The notes beneath the pieces are model-generated. The model was not told the origin of the DNA and ran no database searches. It saw nothing but the letters and a program-made list of their open reading frames with translations. Positions 18,882-30,100 of a stretch of DNA of 64,000 bases are shown here, piece after piece. Position 1 is the stretch's first letter; each line of letters opens with the position of its first letter. The stretch spans positions 1 to 64,000 of the IMG/VR virus record IMGVR_UViG_3300048836_000098. One strand, 5' to 3'. The position numbers were made by a program, and so were the translations under genes. This DNA comes from a virus.

Positions 18882-19978
18882 TGGAAAACAAGCAGAAAGA
18901 TAAACCTTTCATCACAGCTCTGGCAATTTGCAAAAACGAGGGCAAAAGCATTCGTCGGTGGGTAGAGAATGTTCGGAAGTTCGCGGACGATGTAACGATT
19001 GTTGATACTGGTTCAACCGATGATAGCGTTGAAATTGCGCACGATGCGGGAGCGACTGTGGTATTCAATCCCATTCCAGAATCGACGTTCTCTTTTGCAG
19101 ATGCGCGAAATATCGCTCTGAAATACGCACGGTTAGAAACCAACTGGCTCATGTTCACCGACATTGACGAGATCATAGACGAAGATTCTATTCCGAAAAT
19201 GCTTGAAGCGATTGAGTGGATTGACTATCAGACGAAGCCAGAAGAATGCAATGCGATTCAAGTCGTGCTCCGAAATAGAAACGACGATGGATCAATCAAG
19301 ACAGTATCGAAGAACATCAATCCGCGCATTATCCGAATTGACAACATCGATAACTATTGGTTTGAAGGAGCGTTGCACGAACAGCTTATCAGAAAGCCCA
19401 TCGTCGGCGTGAATCAGATCAAGATGTTTGTACCGCGAAAACCGATCTACATTGACCACTACGGCTATACGCGAGAAGCAATGCAACGAACGGGAAAGAT
19501 TAAGAACCGCATTAGACTTGCAGAGAGCCTTTGTGAAGCGAATCCGAATAGTCTTAGGCATAAGGAATGGCTTGCAAGCGCACTCGCGTTAGACGGTCAG
19601 TCAGAAGCCGCAGACAAGATCAGGACGGATGCAAAGCGGCAGTTGGTTCAAGAAGTAGACGTTGATCGCCAGTTATCTGCGCAGATGTTCCGAAACATGA
19701 TGGTTGGGCGATTCACTGGGAAGCAAGACTACGACGGTTTCGTTGCGCTCTACGTGATGGCTACGAATCTACTGCCAGAATATCCAGACTTCGATTATCT
19801 GTATGGATGCTTGTGCGACGAGGACGGTCTTGGTTCTGCGGCTCATGCTTTAATGGCGGCGGCAGATATCAAGTACAATGCAGAGAACTCAACAGTCGGA
19901 GAAACGGCGTATAACCAAGAAAACGCGAGAAGGATTATCCAGAAGTGGAGCAAAGGGGGAATGGATAAAAATGAGTAA
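18881..19978 (+). CDS. GT2 glycosyltransferase with helical/TPR-like C-terminus (copy 2)
   Basis: ICKNEG; IVDTGSTDDS; FSFADARN; DIDE; FEGALHEQ; IDHYGY. Confidence 0.9.
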   Translation: MENKQKDKPFITALAICKNEGKSIRRWVENVRKFADDVTIVDTGSTDDSVEIAHDAGATVVFNPIPESTFSFADARNIALKYARLETNWLMFTDIDEIIDEDSIPKMLEAIEWIDYQTKPEECNAIQVVLRNRNDDGSIKTVSKNINPRIIRIDNIDNYWFEGALHEQLIRKPIVGVNQIKMFVPRKPIYIDHYGYTREAMQRTGKIKNRIRLAESLCEANPNSLRHKEWLASALALDGQSEAADKIRTDAKRQLVQEVDVDRQLSAQMFRNMMVGRFTGKQDYDGFVALYVMATNLLPEYPDFDYLYGCLCDEDGLGSAAHALMAAADIKYNAENSTVGETAYNQENARRIIQKWSKGGMDKNE

Positions 19979-20326
19979 GCCATGCGCTACGTGCAAATTC
20001 ATGCTGTCGAAAGCCGAGTACAAGAAAAACAAGTTCTACTACTTCTGCGAGAACGAGCATTATATCGGTTGCAAGAAACTGGAAAAGTACAACGACAAAC
20101 TATATCGGAAACGAACATTTGAGCAAGGAACGAAAGTCATTGATACGCCAGAGAAGTTAAGCGAAGTTCAGTTCGTTTGGATTTGGGGTAAGCCAGTCCA
20201 CGTAGCAGTTATTATCTCCATGCAGTATCGGTTCGTAGCAGAGATATTGAGAAGCGGTCAGTTGCGAGAAGCGGTTAGAAAAGCGATTCCGTTCGCAAGT
20301 AATCAAGACAATCCCGCCGAAAAAGA

Positions 20327-20355
20327 TTGACCGTTGCGGTACGTTGTGGTATAAT
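20327..20355 (+). promoter_or_regulatory. sigma-A promoter for the recombination operon
   Basis: TTGACC-17-TATAAT with TGTGG extended -10. Confidence 0.8.
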
Positions 20356-21568
20356 TGAAACAGGAATTGAGGTGAGAATATGGAAACAAACGAATCGACA
20401 ATCAACTATCAAGCAAGTAAACTCATATGCCCGATAAGGCAACCTATTGCGGGAGTAAGCCGTGCTTATTGCGACGGAACTTGTTGCGCGTTATTCTGCT
20501 TAGACGGAGATTCAGGTCAGTGTGCGTTCAAGAAGCTGGCGGAGTCGGTAGATGTTCTAGGTAAGATTGCGAACGTCGAGATTCCGTTCAGCGAAGAATC
20601 GATTGAGATGCCGGAAGAACCGTGGGACGAGGACGAAGACGGCGTATTTTGAAAGGAGCAACAAATGAAATATTACAATCTGGTTTTTGTTAAGCATCAG
20701 CCGTTCGGCAAGACGTTCCTGTTTCAGTTGCCGATGAACATTTCCGTCCAGAGCAAAGACGTTGGAAAAGAAGTGCTGTGCGAAACGAAGCGCGGCGAAC
20801 AGGCGGGAATGCTTGCGTCGGAGAACTTCATCGTTCACGAACGAGCGGCGAAAGCGATTAGTGCGGGTTGCGGTGGTTACTGGCCTGTCGCGAATGTGCT
20901 TGGAATCACAAAGAAGGTTACTACGACTGTGACGGAACGGTTCAACAATGATGCAACAAAGATTGTCGAAGAAATGACATTGATAAACGAGGACGGAACC
21001 ACAAGCGTGAAGTCGTTTGATGTGAGCAAGTCTACAGACGTGAACGAACTTCCATTTAGTCAAGAAAGGGGTAGAGCGTGAAGATTTACATGTGCTACGA
21101 TGACACAGACGAATACAACCCGGATTTTCTAGCGGCGTTTACGGAAAAAGAGAACGCAGATAAATACAAAAAGATGCGCGACGCAAACGCTTGGAAAACA
21201 GACATCGAAATTATCGAAACCAGTGACGGGTGCGACATCTTGCCGTCGATAAGCATTTTCGGGAGAGTGGTTGTGCGCGGAGATGATAGCAAACTGGTTG
21301 TGTATGCGTCTCCAACCAATACCATCGACTCGAAAGCCCAAATCGCAAAGACTGATCGTGTAAGAATAGACGAATGCGCGAACGGTGACTTCATATTTGA
21401 GTATAGGAAGATTATCGTTAACCCTAACCCGGAGAAAGACAACGAGTTTACGTACAAGGATGTTGTGAAGCGATACGCGACCCGCATCCACGATCTTTGG
21501 TTGGCAGGTGTTCCGTGGTCGGAAATCAAGAAACAGATTGCGGAAGAAGTGAGTGAGGAGGAAAACAA

Positions 21569-23524
21569 GTGAAACAATTCATCATCAAAAGCGCGATCAT
21601 CGACAACTTCAAGTGCTTTTCGGAGCAGAAGGAAATCGAGTTTGGCGCAAAGACAACTTACATCAGCGGGGACAACGAAACGGGGAAGAGCAGTCTGGCA
21701 GACGCGATTGCTTATTGTTTGACAGGCAAAACGAGCGAGGGAGAATCGAATTTCACTATCGTTCCTATCGGAAAAGAGAAGGATGGAATATCGCCATCTG
21801 TTACGCTTGAATGCCTTGTAAAAGAGGACGGTAAGCCAGATAAGCCCGTGACGCTGTTCAGAACGTATAAGGCGGGTTATAATCGCGAGCGCGTGTTTAC
21901 TGGCGAGTATGCTACCGAGTGCGCTATCAACGGAACGCCTTGCACCGTAAAAGCGTTTGACCAGTGGATCGAAGGAAACATTTGCAAGCAGGACGTTTAT
22001 AAGCTACTGACCACGGTTCGGTATTTCACAGAAGGAATCGCAAGCAAGCCGGGTAACGCCGATTGGCAACAGCGCAGGGCACTTCTTCTTGGATTACTCG
22101 ATTCTGAATCGCTTCCGTCCGATATTGTTCTCGCGGAATCGCAGGGAGAGCAGTTCACAGACTTGAAAGCCGCATTGCCGCGATACGAAACGGCTTCCGC
22201 ATACCTTGACTACCTAAAACGGCAGGACGCAGAACTTACGAAGCGAATCGCTGATTTTCCTGTCAAAGTGAACCAACAGCAGTCGAATATGCGGAATTTA
22301 CCGAACACTGTCGCGCCTGATTCTATCGAGAAAGCGATTGCAGATAGCACGGATGCTATCAAAAAGCTCGAGGAAGAAAACGCGGCATTCCGTCAGAAGA
22401 ATAAGGAATCCGTAGCGGCTAAGAAGTTGCAGAAATTGCAAGAACTGAATCAGCAGAAGGAACAAGTTGTCAAGGATTTCCGAACAAGTGAAAACGGATG
22501 GAGAGAGTCGGTTCGAATAGCGCAATTGAGCGTGGCGCAAGCCAAGTCGAAGGCGAGAGACGTTGAAGACTCGCTTGCGTTTATGCGGAATCAGAAACTC
22601 GCGCAGGAATCAAGCGATATTGAAACGACTTGCGAGTATTGTGGAAACGACTTGAAGCCAGAGAATGTCGAGGCGTTGCGCACAAGAAAGTCAGAGGCAT
22701 TGAAGGAAACCATCGACGGAATCGCACTGCGTGAAAAAGCAAAGATTCAGGTTGATGCAGAATTGCTTGCCGCGCAGGAAGCGTTGGAAAACGTCGATAA
22801 GGAGAAACCAGAACTCGACCAACCCGCAATCGACAAAATCGACGCATCAATCACGAAGCTACAGCAGGAAATCGCGGGATTCGATGTGAACGCGAACATG
22901 CCTGACTACGCAGGACGCAAAGCGGAACTCGAAGAAGAACTTGGGCGCAACCAGCAGATCGCTCGAATCTTGGTTCTGAACGAAGAATGCGAAGCGAAGA
23001 TTGTTGAACTTGAACAGCAGAACGCAAAAGATGCCGCGCTCAAATCGACGCTACAACAGAAGATCGATAGCGTTGGTGAGTTCATCAAAATGAAATGCGA
23101 AGTCGCGCAGGAAGCCGTTCAGAAGCACTTTGAAGGAACTGGATTGTCGTTCGACCTATTCCGTTTCATCAAGAGCACTGGCGAGGTCAAAGAGTGTTGC
23201 AACATTCTGCTCAACGGTACGCCGTATAACGATCTTTCCTACAGCACCAAGTATATCGCATCGCTGTATATCGTTGAAGCGTTCCAGAGGGCATACGGAG
23301 TTTCGCTACCGATCATTTCGGACAACACGGAGAGCATCGATTACGAAGGTTACGCGCAGAGCGCAAATGCGGAATCGCAGACGATCTTAATGTTCCGCGT
23401 CGAAGAAAACTGTCCGAAGTGCGGTGGTCATTCTGGTCGCAGATCGTTGAACGGTCGTTGGACTTGCCAGAAATGCGGAAACATGTGGAGAAAGAGCGTC
23501 CTGATTTCTGACTATGCAGAGTAA
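21569..23524 (+). CDS. SbcC/Rad50-like coiled-coil ATPase
   Basis: IDNFKCF; Walker A GDNETGKS; long coiled coil with CEYC hook; degenerate LSYS signature and IISDN Walker B; extra C-terminal Zn ribbon. Confidence 0.85.
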   Translation: MKQFIIKSAIIDNFKCFSEQKEIEFGAKTTYISGDNETGKSSLADAIAYCLTGKTSEGESNFTIVPIGKEKDGISPSVTLECLVKEDGKPDKPVTLFRTYKAGYNRERVFTGEYATECAINGTPCTVKAFDQWIEGNICKQDVYKLLTTVRYFTEGIASKPGNADWQQRRALLLGLLDSESLPSDIVLAESQGEQFTDLKAALPRYETASAYLDYLKRQDAELTKRIADFPVKVNQQQSNMRNLPNTVAPDSIEKAIADSTDAIKKLEEENAAFRQKNKESVAAKKLQKLQELNQQKEQVVKDFRTSENGWRESVRIAQLSVAQAKSKARDVEDSLAFMRNQKLAQESSDIETTCEYCGNDLKPENVEALRTRKSEALKETIDGIALREKAKIQVDAELLAAQEALENVDKEKPELDQPAIDKIDASITKLQQEIAGFDVNANMPDYAGRKAELEEELGRNQQIARILVLNEECEAKIVELEQQNAKDAALKSTLQQKIDSVGEFIKMKCEVAQEAVQKHFEGTGLSFDLFRFIKSTGEVKECCNILLNGTPYNDLSYSTKYIASLYIVEAFQRAYGVSLPIISDNTESIDYEGYAQSANAESQTILMFRVEENCPKCGGHSGRRSLNGRWTCQKCGNMWRKSVLISDYAE

Positions 23525-23962
23525 CGAAATCCAGAAAGCGATTGTCAACGAAGAACTGCGAATCCAAGACATAAAGCGGGAAGAACGATTACTGACCGAC
23601 ATGCGCTATCTTCCATACGGAATGATTGAGCAAATCAGAGCGAACCATCACAAGCTAATACGCGAAAGCGAACAAGCGATAAAAGACTTATTTAAGCTGA
23701 AAGGAAAGAACTAGGATGTATAAACCAGAGAAAGAGCAGATTTATCAGAACACGGCGAACATGCTGTCTGCGGCAAGCAGTTTCCGAGAGATCACGCTTC
23801 CGTTGAGCGAAGTCGCGATTCAGTTTGCGGAGTTGCTGAACGAAGTCAAGAAGAACAAGCCAAAGAACGGGGCAACCGAGGAAGCCGCGACGGAAGAAAA
23901 GTCAACCAATAAGGGCGGACGAAAGCCGAAAGCGACGGCGTAACAGCCGAAGGGAGAACCAA

Positions 23963-24157
23963 ATGAACATTGGAAGAAACTACGAAGATTCCGATTACGT
24001 ATCTACAGGAGTGGCGGGTCAGATGCTTGGAATATCCAGACGCACCGTTGTAAAGCGGATCGAGGACGGATCAATTAAGGCGCATCGTCCGGGAAGAGAA
24101 TGGCGCGTGTCAAAAACGGAAATTCAACGAATCAAAGAAGGTCGGCTATCCGACTAG
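23963..24157 (+). CDS. HTH_17/excisionase-like protein
   Basis: STGVAGQMLGISRRTVVKRIEDGSIKAHRPGREWRV. Confidence 0.8.
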   Translation: MNIGRNYEDSDYVSTGVAGQMLGISRRTVVKRIEDGSIKAHRPGREWRVSKTEIQRIKEGRLSD

Positions 24158-24173
24158 CTGAAAGGAAATAAGA

Positions 24174-25016
24174 ATGGAACAGAAGCAGAACACGGCACTA
24201 GCGATGCTGAAAAACACTACAGAGGGTCTTGCAATCAAGATCAATCAGCTTGTCGAAAAGAAGGAACTCATGCTCCCGCCGAACTATGCAGTCGGAAACG
24301 CAATTCAGGAAGCGCAACTGATTCTCGCGGACAAGCCCGACATTATCGAGAAGTGTACGCAAGCATCCATCTACAAGAGCATCAAGTCAATGGCTATCAT
24401 GGGTCTATCGCCGTCTACAGAGAAGCAGCAAGTGTACTTTGTCGGGTTCGGCAACCAGTGTACTTTGATGATTTCTTACTACGGCTACGTGGCTATCGCA
24501 AAGCGCATTGATACGACCATTGAGGATATTATCGCGCATCCGATTAAGAAGGACGAGGAATTCGACTTCGAGATTCGGACAGAGGATGGCTACTACAACA
24601 TTCTGAAACACAAACCGTCTCTGGCAAGCATGGCGCAGAAGGAGTGTATCGGAGCATACGCAACCATCGTCTATAACGACGGAAAACCGCCTAAGAGCTT
24701 GGTTGTGTCTTGGGAAGAAATCGAACAGGCGTGGAAAATGTCAAAGACGCGACCGTTTGGAGAAGATGGCAAGACGCTTCAAAAGGGTTCGACGCACTAC
24801 AAGTTCTTCAACGACATGGTGCGAAAGACTGTCACGGCGAAGATCGCTAAACCGATTATCCGAACGGCAGACGATAAGTATCTGTTCGGGCAGACGGTGA
24901 AAGCAGTTGATCTCGATAACGAAACAGCACAGGCTGACGCGGCAATCGCAGAAGCAGTTGTTTCGGAAGCAACGGGCGAGATCATCGACACGGACTACGA
25001 GATTGCGGAAGAATAA
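24174..25016 (+). CDS. recT: RecT-family single-strand annealing protein
   Basis: LPPNY..NA; CTQASI..MAIMGLSP..QVYFV.FGN; IGAYATI; MVRKTV. Confidence 0.88.
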   Translation: MEQKQNTALAMLKNTTEGLAIKINQLVEKKELMLPPNYAVGNAIQEAQLILADKPDIIEKCTQASIYKSIKSMAIMGLSPSTEKQQVYFVGFGNQCTLMISYYGYVAIAKRIDTTIEDIIAHPIKKDEEFDFEIRTEDGYYNILKHKPSLASMAQKECIGAYATIVYNDGKPPKSLVVSWEEIEQAWKMSKTRPFGEDGKTLQKGSTHYKFFNDMVRKTVTAKIAKPIIRTADDKYLFGQTVKAVDLDNETAQADAAIAEAVVSEATGEIIDTDYEIAEE

Positions 25017-25027
25017 GAACTAGAAAA

Positions 25028-25126
25028 TACTGCGGTGGAGGAATACGTAGACTCTATAGTGATCTGTAGTGCTTGCCTATGCAAATGGAAGTAGCACATG
25101 TTGGGTGGAAATCCCAACCCGCAGTA
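25028..25126 (+). ncRNA. tRNA-like RNA with non-canonical anticodon arm
   Basis: Closing stem TACTGCGG/CCGCAGTA; D-arm-like TGGAGGAATACGTAGACTC; CTATAG-TGAT-CTGTAG hairpin (4-nt loop); GTGCT/AGCAC arm; T-arm-like TTGGG-TGGAAAT-CCCAA. Intergenic between recT and the MBL gene. Confidence 0.65.
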
Positions 25127-25137
25127 AAGGAGTAATA

Positions 25138-25989
25138 GTGAACATAATCTTTTCATCGACAGGTAGCGACGGAAACTGTACCGCAATAGAGAACGAGAAC
25201 AAAGAACTTATAATGGTCGATTGCGGACTTCCTATAAAGCAGATCGATAAAGCAATAGGATATAGAGTTTCGTCAGTTTGCGCTTGCCTATGCACACATA
25301 AGCATTTCGACCATTCGGCAAGCCATAAGGATGTAACATTGAAATCTATCCCGCTATACGCCCCCGACACAGAGCCGCTTACAGGCGATTCTAGCGCGTT
25401 TCAGAAGCGGTACTACAAAACGGTCGAGCACGGTAAAACATACGCCATCAGGGGCAGGATAAGCGGCAAGATCGAGTTCCTTGCAACGCCGTTTCGATTA
25501 GTCCATTGTAACGCGGCAGACGGTAGCGATTGTCCGTGCGTTGGTTACTTGATTTCAGATGCGAAGCGTGGTGGAGATAAGATTCTGCTTGCGACTGATA
25601 CGGCATACTTCGGAATGGTTGTTCAAGACATGGAAGGTGGGCGCATACAGGGGCATCGATTCCCGCCGTGTTCTCACTATCTAGTCGAGAGCAATTACAT
25701 TCACTTGGAAGACGGAATCGATACGCTCAAAGGGGCAGAACTATCAGTTGAAATGCGCAGGGTGAATTCTCATATGTCGGCGCAAACGGCAAGCGCGTTC
25801 ATCGGTCGGCAGGATTTATCGAAATGCAGAGAGATTTACCTGATTCACGTATCGCATTCGGCAACGGATTCTGATATAATCGAAATGGTACGGATGTTCA
25901 AAGACGAGATAGCGAAGAACGAAACTGCGAAAGATAGCAAGAAGGAGATCAAGATTTATGTCAAAGGACAAGTTTACCAAGCCGAGTAA
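25138..25989 (+). CDS. MBL-fold hydrolase/nuclease
   Basis: STGSDGNC; MVDCG; THKHFDH; LATDT; VESNY; SHMS; LIHVS. Probable start is the GTG at 25138 after RBS AAAGGAG. Confidence 0.88.
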   Translation: MNIIFSSTGSDGNCTAIENENKELIMVDCGLPIKQIDKAIGYRVSSVCACLCTHKHFDHSASHKDVTLKSIPLYAPDTEPLTGDSSAFQKRYYKTVEHGKTYAIRGRISGKIEFLATPFRLVHCNAADGSDCPCVGYLISDAKRGGDKILLATDTAYFGMVVQDMEGGRIQGHRFPPCSHYLVESNYIHLEDGIDTLKGAELSVEMRRVNSHMSAQTASAFIGRQDLSKCREIYLIHVSHSATDSDIIEMVRMFKDEIAKNETAKDSKKEIKIYVKGQVYQAE

Positions 25990-26391
25990 TAGTGGGATGC
26001 AAGAGGGCGACAAGCCGAGGTTCGATTCAGTTCAGGATGTATTGAAAAACGCCAACCGTCAGCAACGCCGCGCATACGAACGCAAGACCAAAGGAATGAC
26101 TGACGCAGAAAAAGCGGAACTTGATAAGCGCATTGTAGAAGGAAACGTCACGAACGGAATCACAAAGGCGTGGAACAGAGCAATTTCGCTTGCGACCATT
26201 CGCGGAATCGACTTCTTCACAGAGAAAGTATTCACGGACTACGTGTCTAAGATTGACGAGCATGGAATCAGCAACAAAGAGCGTGACAAGCGAATTGAAG
26301 CGTTCCTGTCTGATATGCGACTTGGATATGCGAACTTAACGGCAAGGCGCGAACGAGAAGCACAAGCTGTTGAAAAAGAGGAAGTTACGGA

Positions 26392-26844
26392 ATGAACGGA
26401 CTTAACGTATCAGTATTCGACGGTTATATGCCACGCGACCCTGTTCCGTTTGAAATGAAAAACGGCAGAAAAGGCGTAGTGTTTAATCTGATTTGGTCGA
26501 GAGACTACGGAAATATCCACGAACTTTGCGATCTGTCCGTAGCGTGTTATCAAGAGGGCAGAGCAGAAGCGGTTATCAAATACTGCAAGAAGGGTTCTCG
26601 CGTTCAAGTGGAAGGGTATCTCGTTTCGATGCCGAAGAAGTCCAAGAGCGGGGATGAGTATAAAGAAACGCAGTTGAAAGCGGATAAGATTTATTTCATC
26701 TCTAGCAAGGAAGACAACTCTGGCAAGAGCGAAACAAAGAAGCCAGCCGCAAAAAAGACCGCGAAGAAAACGCCGACTGACGGAAGTGCAACGGCGGATG
26801 ATGTTCAATATTTTGATCCTGAAACGGGAGAGATTAGGGGGTAG
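26392..26844 (+). CDS. ssb: Single-stranded DNA-binding protein (divergent)
   Basis: G...RDP; AE...KYCKKGSRVQVEGYL; acidic tail. Confidence 0.75.
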   Translation: MNGLNVSVFDGYMPRDPVPFEMKNGRKGVVFNLIWSRDYGNIHELCDLSVACYQEGRAEAVIKYCKKGSRVQVEGYLVSMPKKSKSGDEYKETQLKADKIYFISSKEDNSGKSETKKPAAKKTAKKTPTDGSATADDVQYFDPETGEIRG

Positions 26845-27190
26845 ACGAATGAGATACTTGGACTTGCCAACGAGGGATGTTGTTACAAAGCTATCCTCTT
26901 ACGCATTCGCGAGATCGGGTGTAGACGCTTCTGTTTTTAAGTTCTACACAGGAACAGAGCAAGTATATCAATTCGTCACGAATCAGATTGCAAAGGCAAG
27001 GGAACAAAACGCAGATAACGAGAAATTCAGAAACGCGGCTTTAGAAATTCTACAAAAAGAAATCGAGTTCGACTTACCGAAGCTCGATATTTGCGAAGAT
27101 GATTTTGTTGACGAGAATTGCAGACGGTCTGACGATAAGGCGTTCTGGTTGAGCGCGATTGAGCGGCTCGCAATCTTGAACCTCGTAAAA

Positions 27191-30100
27191 CTATCTGCCG
27201 AGATAATTGATGGTTGAGAAGTCTCCGCTACGTATATAAGTCCTTTGAATATTGCTGATCGCCTTCGTAGTGACTTGTTGGGTAGAGAAGTTGACCCCTG
27301 TTACCACGCTAAAACTTGTCGTTCCGCTGGAAAGCAAATAGGCTGTATTTTCATCCAAAGAGGTGCAGACTGAACGAGAACGCCACGAAGCCGAATACGG
27401 TTGCACGATAAATGAGTTTTGAACAATCAATTCCCTGACATACAGAACATTTGCTTGCGCAGTAGACGCATTAAGCCAACCGCTGATATAGGTTCCGATC
27501 GCATCGATCTTTACATAGTCAGCCTTAATCGAAGCGACAGATGCCGCCGCCGCGTTTGCCGTAACTGTAACAGAAGCGACTCTTCCGTCAACCTCGGCAA
27601 GCAACGTAGCGGAAGCAAAGTTGGCGTAAGCCTCTGCTCTTAATCCAGCCACACTAGACGAGACTAACGTACCAGTCTCGTCTTTTGTGTAATATCCCGC
27701 GAGAAGCGATAGCCTAGCGAAGTTTGCGTTTGTCCATGCTTCAAGACCCGCTCTAGCGGTAGATATTTTTCCATCGAGGTCTACGTAGTTGTGTTCAACG
27801 ATTGCGGTTAAGTTCGCTTCTTGCTCGTTCAGATCAACATAAACTTGTCCGATAGACTGGCGAGTTTCCCCTGCAAATGTTCTTAAATATTCCGCTTCAA
27901 ATCCAATAGTAGCGCGAACGTCATCAAATTCTTGAAAGAACCTTGCGTTAGAGATAATCTGTTCTTCCAAAGCGTCAGCAAGCGTACCACCGCCACCGCC
28001 GCCGCCACCTCCACGACGACCAGAGCTAGAGCCAGAACCAACGGAAATATCATCCGCACTGATTCTGCCTTTCGCATCGAACGCTGGCATTTCATCGGTT
28101 TTCTTGTAGATTAGCTTAAATATGTCGCGCACGTTGGCGTGAATATCACCGACCTCTAATGTTGTGTGGTTCAGCGGATTCCAAACGTCATACTCCCAAT
28201 TCACGATGCGTAGCAGTTCGCTTGTTTCTTCGCCTTTTTCGGAATCGACGTAGTATGCTTTTACAACAGAGTTCAGATCGAATACGTCAAACTCATAGCC
28301 GCCAATCTGTCTGCGATCAACAACTTTGTTCTCATATTTGACCGTCTTGCGCGGACGGCAGACCTTGCTTACTTCGCGTCTAGCCCAATTAAGAAGCTGT
28401 AGCATCCCGCCATCATCGAGAGTATCATATATGTTCGGTTGTTCTGCGTAGCCCTCATAAATCGTGTCAGTGTACGAGAAATCATCAACGTAGCGTTTGC
28501 CGCCGTTGACAAGAGAGATATTCAACTTATCTGCGCCTAAAGGATATAGCCTAGTAATCATATCTGCATTCCATATAACGCTAGGCATGCTCGTAATATT
28601 CTTGCCGCGCTTAATCGTAAATCCGTTCCACGTATTGAAGTCAGAACCTTCTTTGTCCTCGTCTCGATAGTGGATAACCTTGTGGAGACTGTCGAAAACT
28701 ATCACGCCGCCGTACAGTTCTTGGATTGATTCGATGTTCGAGAAAACATCCTTGGCATCCGTTTCAGCGTTAAATACACCCATCTCGTTTCCACTTACAA
28801 AGTGCGCAGTAGCACCCGCCGAGATCGACCCGCCGAGATTCAGAATCGTGATATCAAGGTTGCCATCACCATTTGTAGCGATACCGACAATACGTGCGCT
28901 CACGGGCGCGTCAGACCATCCAGAAGCGTCGTAGATAGAAATACTATAGCCTTGCTCCCAAGTGCTCGCGTAGGCGAAGCCAGCGTCCGTAGAAGGCACT
29001 GTGAACTTAGTTTCCAACGCCGCGCCGGAATTGCTGAACGCAACAACGCAATCATTCGAGATCGCTCCGCCGCTATTTGCGAACTTGACCGTGATCCTGC
29101 TGTCAGTCGCGTTGAAATACGAAACGGCGATAGAATCGGGAGCGTTCTCCCATTGCGGAACAGAATCGAGCGTAGAAATGTCAGCAATATAAAGCGTGTT
29201 ACCGACAGCCCAATTCAGAGCGCGTCTAAAAGAACTATCCGTATTCTGCGCGAGGTCAAACACCCAACTGTCGCTAGAAGCCTTATACGTGCCGTAGAGA
29301 GCAGTGAAGTCACGAACAGCCGTTGCACAGACAGCATCGACTTGCGACGTATTGAAATCGGCGTGAATCATGTCGCACGTTCCAAGCATCCAACCAGTAT
29401 CGCGAATCACAGACCACAAAGCGTAACCAGCAGAGCCACGCGGCATTAGAACGTCGCGCTCGTCCATCACAACGGAATCTTCGTACTGAACGCTGTTGAT
29501 TGATAGCTTATATTTATTGTTCGACTTCGGGAGAATCATCACAGTGTGATCATCGATAGATTCAAGACCCGCACCGAACAGAGCGGTTGCGCCAGAAGCG
29601 ATAGTCCCGCCGTAGTTATAGAATGTGATTATAATCGAATCTTCTGTCTTGGTGATCGAAACTGGATTGATATATTTCACCGCGCTTAACCACGTATCAG
29701 ACGGTTCAAGGATATAGATCGTATCGGTAACGTCCCACAACAGAGCCTTTGCAAAGTTCTCGTCAGAGGAAGCGATAACAACCGTAGCAAGCACTGCAAC
29801 CTTATTCGTTCTGTCATACTCCGCGCATTCAGTCGTAGCCGTTGCCTTGCTCTTGCTGTAGGTCATTACGTTATGCGCTTGGACGTATTTTTTTTTGAGC
29901 GTGTATTGTTCCTCTACAAGCGTTACAGTGGCGATACGAGCATCTTCGCCTTCAACGCCATAAACGATAGCATCGTCAGTCAGAGCCGTATAGACGCGAC
30001 CATTAACGTGATAGCGATTCTCTGGATTCTTAATCAGTTGGAACTTTTCGGAAGAAACGAGCATCTTAAACGTGAACGAGCTTTCGCCATTCTGCACCAG

